Notes under the pieces: generated by a model
Told to the model about the DNA's origin: nothing
The model's input: the letters and a program-made list of their open reading frames with translations, nothing else
The model's database searches: none
In this document: positions 62,358-64,000 of the stretch, piece by piece
How positions within the stretch are numbered: the stretch's first letter is position 1
How the letters are laid out: each line of letters begins with the position of its first letter
NCBI GenBank assembly: GCA_963754315.1
Contig: CAVWFS010000010.1
Location: 64,001 to 128,000, forward strand
DNA: 64,000 nucleotides
Direction of reading: 5' to 3'
DNA from: an uncultured Candidatus Rokubacteria bacterium
GTDB taxonomy: Bacteria; Methylomirabilota; Methylomirabilia; Rokubacteriales; CSP1-6
Made by a program: the position numbers and the translations under genes

Positions 62358-63274
62358 GCCGCGATGCCAGTCTCCAGCGTGTGCTCGGGCTCGTAGCCGA
62401 CGTCGACCTTGATGCGTGAGAGGTCGGTGGCCGGATTACGAGCATTTCCGGGTGTCCGGCCCGGCTTGAGCACGGCGCACTTGGCGCCGGGCACCGCCTG
62501 GCGAACGGCCTCCACGATGTCCCGGTTGGAGGTGGCGCGCCCCGATCCGATGTTGTAGACGCGGTGGGGGAGCGTGGCAGCCGTGTGGAGCATCTGGATC
62601 CCCCGCGCCACGTCCTTCACGTAGGTCCAGTCGGCCTCATCGTCTTCGAAGATCTTGCCGTCGGGCCGATCGGAGAAGTCGGGCTCGACATTCTTGACGG
62701 CGGCGTGGCAGAGGCGACCGATTGGGTTGTGCATGCTGTAATAGTGCGGACCGTAGATGCTGGCGATGCGCAATGCCACCACGTCGAGCTTGGCCTGGGC
62801 GGCATAGTAGTGGGCGTGGATCTCCATGCCCTTCTTGAAGGCGGAGACCTGCGTGGGCGAGTGCACCGGGAGGCCGATGTCCTCCCGAAAGGGTCCCGCC
62901 GGCAAGCCGCCATAGACGCCGACCGAACTGCCGAGCGACACGCGCCGGAGTCCGAAGGTGCGTGCCGCCTCCAGCACGTTCTGCAGGCCCGCGGTGTAGA
63001 GATGATAGTCGGCCTGGGTGGACACGCTCCGCGCCGGGGGAGCCATGAGATTGATGATGCTGTCGACCTGATGGCGGCGGACCACCTCGAAGACCTCGTA
63101 GACATTGGTGACGTCCAGCCGCGCCGTGAAGACCTGGCGGCCGACCTTGTCCTGGAGCGAGTCGGGGAGACGGTGGGCGCTGTGCTGGGTGATCAGGATT
63201 TTCTCGCCGACCTCCACCAATCGCTGGGCTGTGTTGAGCCCGATGAATCCCATGCCGCCGATGATCAGGATCAT
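62324..63274 (-). CDS. NAD-dependent epimerase/dehydratase (extended SDR)
   Basis: IIGGMGFIG, SSVGVYG, LRIASIYGP, TYVKDVA, YNIGSG. The catalytic YxxxK reads VSAFK here. Confidence 0.85.
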   Translation of the reverse strand: MILIIGGMGFIGLNTAQRLVEVGEKILITQHSAHRLPDSLQDKVGRQVFTARLDVTNVYEVFEVVRRHQVDSIINLMAPPARSVSTQADYHLYTAGLQNVLEAARTFGLRRVSLGSSVGVYGGLPAGPFREDIGLPVHSPTQVSAFKKGMEIHAHYYAAQAKLDVVALRIASIYGPHYYSMHNPIGRLCHAAVKNVEPDFSDRPDGKIFEDDEADWTYVKDVARGIQMLHTAATLPHRVYNIGSGRATSNRDIVEAVRQAVPGAKCAVLKPGRTPGNARNPATDLSRIKVDVGYEPEHTLETGIAAYIDWLRTHPQ

Positions 63275-63329
63275 GATGGGCGACTCCCGCGCCCTGGACG
63301 GATCAGAATCAGAGGCGTCAACGACCAAG

Positions 63330-64000
63330 TCAGCGCCAGCGAGCGAAGGCCCAGCCGCCGCCCGTCGCGGCTGGTGTCCGATAGACGGGGACGTACGCGA
63401 GCAGCTCCATCTTGAGGGACGTCTGCTGGACCGCTCCCCCGAGGGTGACCCAGTTCAACACTTCGGAGCCGGCAGAATGCAGGCGATGGCGCGGGAGCGA
63501 ACGCAGGGCCGCCGAGTCCTTACGTTCCAGCCCGCCCAGCAGCGCGCGGTCGAGCTCCTCGTCGACGACGAAGTGGCTGAGGCCGCCTGAGGCGACGATG
63601 GCCACCGCCGCCGGCTCGCTCCACGCCGCCACGGCGGCTGCGATGGCTTCTCCCATGGCGAAGCAGCGCCTCGGTGTCGGCTGGTTCGGCGGGTAGCACG
63701 TGTTCTGGAACACGGGCAACACCGGGCCGGGTTGGTTGTCGAACAGGCGCTTGACCACGAAGGCCACCGCGTGGGGTAACCCCTGCTCGTGCGGGGGTGT
63801 ATCGCGCACGTAGTCTAGCTCACCGCCCTTGGTCGGGTAGCGGCGAGCCACCTGCCCGCCGTACGGCTGCTTGGCGTAGCGCATGTGGGCGACGTCGAAA
63901 TCGTGCTCGACCAGATATTCGATCAGAAAGCGCCCGAAGCGGCTAGCCACCGGCACGTCGAGGGGGATGTCGCCGTATCCGCGAATGACGGCCTCGGCGA
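63330..64000 (-). CDS. LigB-family extradiol ring-cleavage dioxygenase, 5' end beyond the window
   Basis: GLPHAVAFV, NTCYPPNQPTPRRC, ASGGLSHFVVDEELD, GSEVLNW. Confidence 0.85.
   Translation of the reverse strand, partial: AEAVIRGYGDIPLDVPVASRFGRFLIEYLVEHDFDVAHMRYAKQPYGGQVARRYPTKGGELDYVRDTPPHEQGLPHAVAFVVKRLFDNQPGPVLPVFQNTCYPPNQPTPRRCFAMGEAIAAAVAAWSEPAAVAIVASGGLSHFVVDEELDRALLGGLERKDSAALRSLPRHRLHSAGSEVLNWVTLGGAVQQTSLKMELLAYVPVYRTPAATGGGWAFARWR

Overview
High-GC bacterial chromosomal segment, densely coding (about 58 genes). I see no rRNA, tRNA, CRISPR array or transposase. The gene content (ABC_sub_bind proteins next to GAF kinases, Uma2, many ABC importers, a GC-rich double-hairpin element) resembles Candidatus Rokubacteria/Methylomirabilota; this is an inference only. 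Blocks from left to right: (1) substrate-binding protein, dCache/HAMP/4xGAF histidine kinase, single-domain receiver, receiver-class III cyclase; (2) xanthine-dehydrogenase-family molybdenum hydroxylase (M, S, L) with LLM oxidoreductase, MoaD-like and HapK-like genes; (3) a ~16 kb uncharacterised minus-strand cluster with a divergent TetR: two paralogous amidohydrolases, an alpha/beta hydrolase, a Liv-type ABC importer whose LivF is fused to a Tm-1/UPF0261 domain, a TIM-barrel (TBST) protein, a flotillin and two SRPBCC proteins, interrupted by an antisense RHH-PIN toxin-antitoxin cassette; (4) assorted hydrolases and oxidoreductases; (5) AddAB-like helicase-nuclease; (6) FIST, SnoaL, a divergent chlorite-dismutase-like protein, a Pot-type ABC importer and an MBL hydrolase; (7) a phthalate/protocatechuate-4,5-cleavage-like catabolic region (Rieske oxygenase, OphC-like, LigJ, HpcH aldolase, LigB-like). 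There are four toxin-antitoxin pairs, and several genes look leaderless. At least ten genes carry single-base frameshifts, most likely long-read consensus errors. All calls come from motif recognition by eye; no database search was run.
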